The notes below the pieces were generated by a model that had not been told where the DNA came from, did not search any database, and saw nothing but the letters and a program-made list of their open reading frames with translations. From Eledone cirrhosa (taxonomy: Eukaryota), in assembly GCA_964016885.1 (NCBI GenBank), contig OZ024745.1:59458001-59522000 (forward strand): a stretch of DNA of 64,000 bases. The letters run 5' to 3'. Positions within the stretch are counted from its first letter, which is position 1, and each line of letters opens with the position of its first letter. The position numbers and the translations under genes are program-made. Positions 62,651 through 64,000 of this stretch are shown in pieces.

Positions 62651-64000
62651 CTCGACTTGGAGTGAAAATCTCGATTTGGAGTGAGAACCTCGACTTGGAG
62701 TGAAAACCTCGACTTGGAGTGAGAACCTCGACTTGGAGTGAGAACCTCGACTTGGAGTGAAAACCTCGACTTGGAGTGAGAACCGCGACTTGGAGTGAAA
62801 ACCTCGACATGGAGTGAGAACCTCGACTTGGAGTGAGAACCACGACTTGGAGTGAGAACCTCGACTTGGAGTGAGAACCACGACTTGGAGTGAGAACCTC
62901 GACTTGGAGTGAGAACCTCGACTTGGAGTGAAAACCTCGACTTGGAGTGAAAACCTCGACTTGGAGTGAAAACCTCGACTTGGAGTGAAAACCTCGACTT
63001 GGAGTGAGAACCTCGACTTGGAGTGAGAACCTCGACTTGGAGTGAAAACCTCGACTTGGAGTGACAACCTCGACTTGGAGTGAAAACCTCGACTTGGAGT
63101 GAAAACCTCGACTTGGAGTGAGAACCTCGACTTGGAGTGAGAACCTCGACTTGGAGTGAGAACCTCGACTTGGAGTGAGAACCTCGACTTGGAGTGAAAA
63201 CCTCGACTTGGAGTGAGAACCTCGACTTGGGGTGAAAACCTCGACTTGGAGTGAGAACCTCGACTTGGAGTGAGAACCTCGACTTGGGGTGAAAACCTAG
63301 ACTTGGGGTGAAAACCTCGACTTGGAGTGAAAACCTCGACTTGGAGTGAGAACCTCGACTTGGAGTGAGAACCTCGACTTGGAGTGAAAACCTCGACTTG
63401 GAGTGAAAACCTCGACTTGGAGTGAAAACCTCGACTTGGAGTGAGAACCTCGACTTGGAGTGAGAACCTCGACTTGGAGTGAGAACCTCGACTTGGAGTG
63501 AAAACCTCGACTTGGAGTGAGAACCTCGAATTTGAGTGAGAACCTCGACTTGGAGTAAAAACCTCGACTTGGAGTGAGAACCTCGACTTGGAGTGAAAAC
63601 CTCGACTTGGAGTGAGAACCTCGACTTGGAGTGAGAACCTCGACTTGGAGTGAGAACCTCGACTTGGAGTGAAAACCTCGACTTGGAGTGAGAACCTCGA
63701 CTTGGAGTGAAAACCTCGACTTGGAGTGAGAACCTCGACTTGGAGTGAAAACCTCGACTTGGAGTGAGAACCTCGACTTGGAGTGAAAACCTCGACTTGG
63801 AGTGAGAACCTCGACTTGGAGTGAGAACCTCGACTTGGAGTGAAAACCTCGACTTGGAGTGAGAATCTCGACTTGGAGTGAAAACCTCGACTTGGAGTGA
63901 GAACCTCGACTTGGAGTGAGAACCTCGACTTGGAGTGAGAACCTCGCCTTGGAGTGAAAACCTCGCCTTGGAGTGAAAACCTCGACTTGGAGTGAAAACC

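Larger units (their letters stand above)
1..64000. repeat. 19-bp tandem satellite array, consensus GTGA(A/G)AACCTCGACTTGGA, about 3,369 head-to-tail monomers, running off both window ends
   Basis: The monomer is visible on every line. GTGA starts at position 1 and the last GTGA starts at 63992; 63991 = 3369x19 - 20, matching the 20 one-base-deleted monomers found by eye. No non-repeat sequence and no orientation switch were seen. Confidence 0.99.

Noticed and set aside
1237-63067. All minus-strand ORFs (61-4614 aa) as protein-coding genes
   Set aside because: They overlap in all three frames with the same 19-aa repeat. Their starts and stops are simply monomer variants, and there is no unique domain, promoter, RBS or splice context. 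They are fully explained by a stop-free 19-mer.
1-64000. CRISPR array
   Set aside because: Repeats abut directly with no unique spacers, the unit is 19 bp, and there is no leader or cas gene.
1-64000. Telomerase-made telomeric repeat (long yeast-type unit)
   Set aside because: Kilobase-scale HOR copying of variants indicates recombinational amplification rather than templated addition. There is no strong G-rich strand, and no chromosome end is visible.
1-64000. CENP-B box or alpha satellite identity
   Set aside because: The monomer does not match the CENP-B box core (TTCG....A..CGGG) and there is no 171-bp unit with distinct sequence.
1-64000. Plasmid iterons, operator array or synthetic construct
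   Set aside because: There is no rep gene, origin or vector sequence. The hierarchical pattern of shared and private mutations fits natural satellite turnover.
1-64000. Pure sequencing or assembly artefact
   Set aside because: Rare variants and 1-bp deletions recur in identical contexts with copy-specific differences, which random error would not produce. The exact copy number of near-identical HORs remains unverified.

Overview
The whole 64 kb window is one uninterrupted, single-orientation tandem satellite array built from a 19-bp monomer, consensus GTGA(A/G)AACCTCGACTTGGA (47-53% GC, one CpG/TaqI site TCGA per unit). Phase arithmetic gives about 3,369 monomers, 20 of them 18 bp long. I found no unique sequence, genes, RNA genes, transposons, CRISPR spacers or inversions. 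Every listed ORF is explained by the repeat: the minus strand of the consensus has no stop codon, and because 19 mod 3 = 1 all three frames give the same 19-aa periodic peptide. The information lies in the order of variant monomers. It shows nested structure: 38-bp dimer duplications, three higher-order repeat (HOR) families (about 130-mer, about 67-69/135-mer, about 104-113-mer) and duplications offset by about 11.5 and 15.1 kb. This architecture resembles a eukaryotic centromeric or heterochromatic satellite, but organism and function cannot be determined from the sequence. All counts and coordinates were read by eye and should be confirmed computationally.
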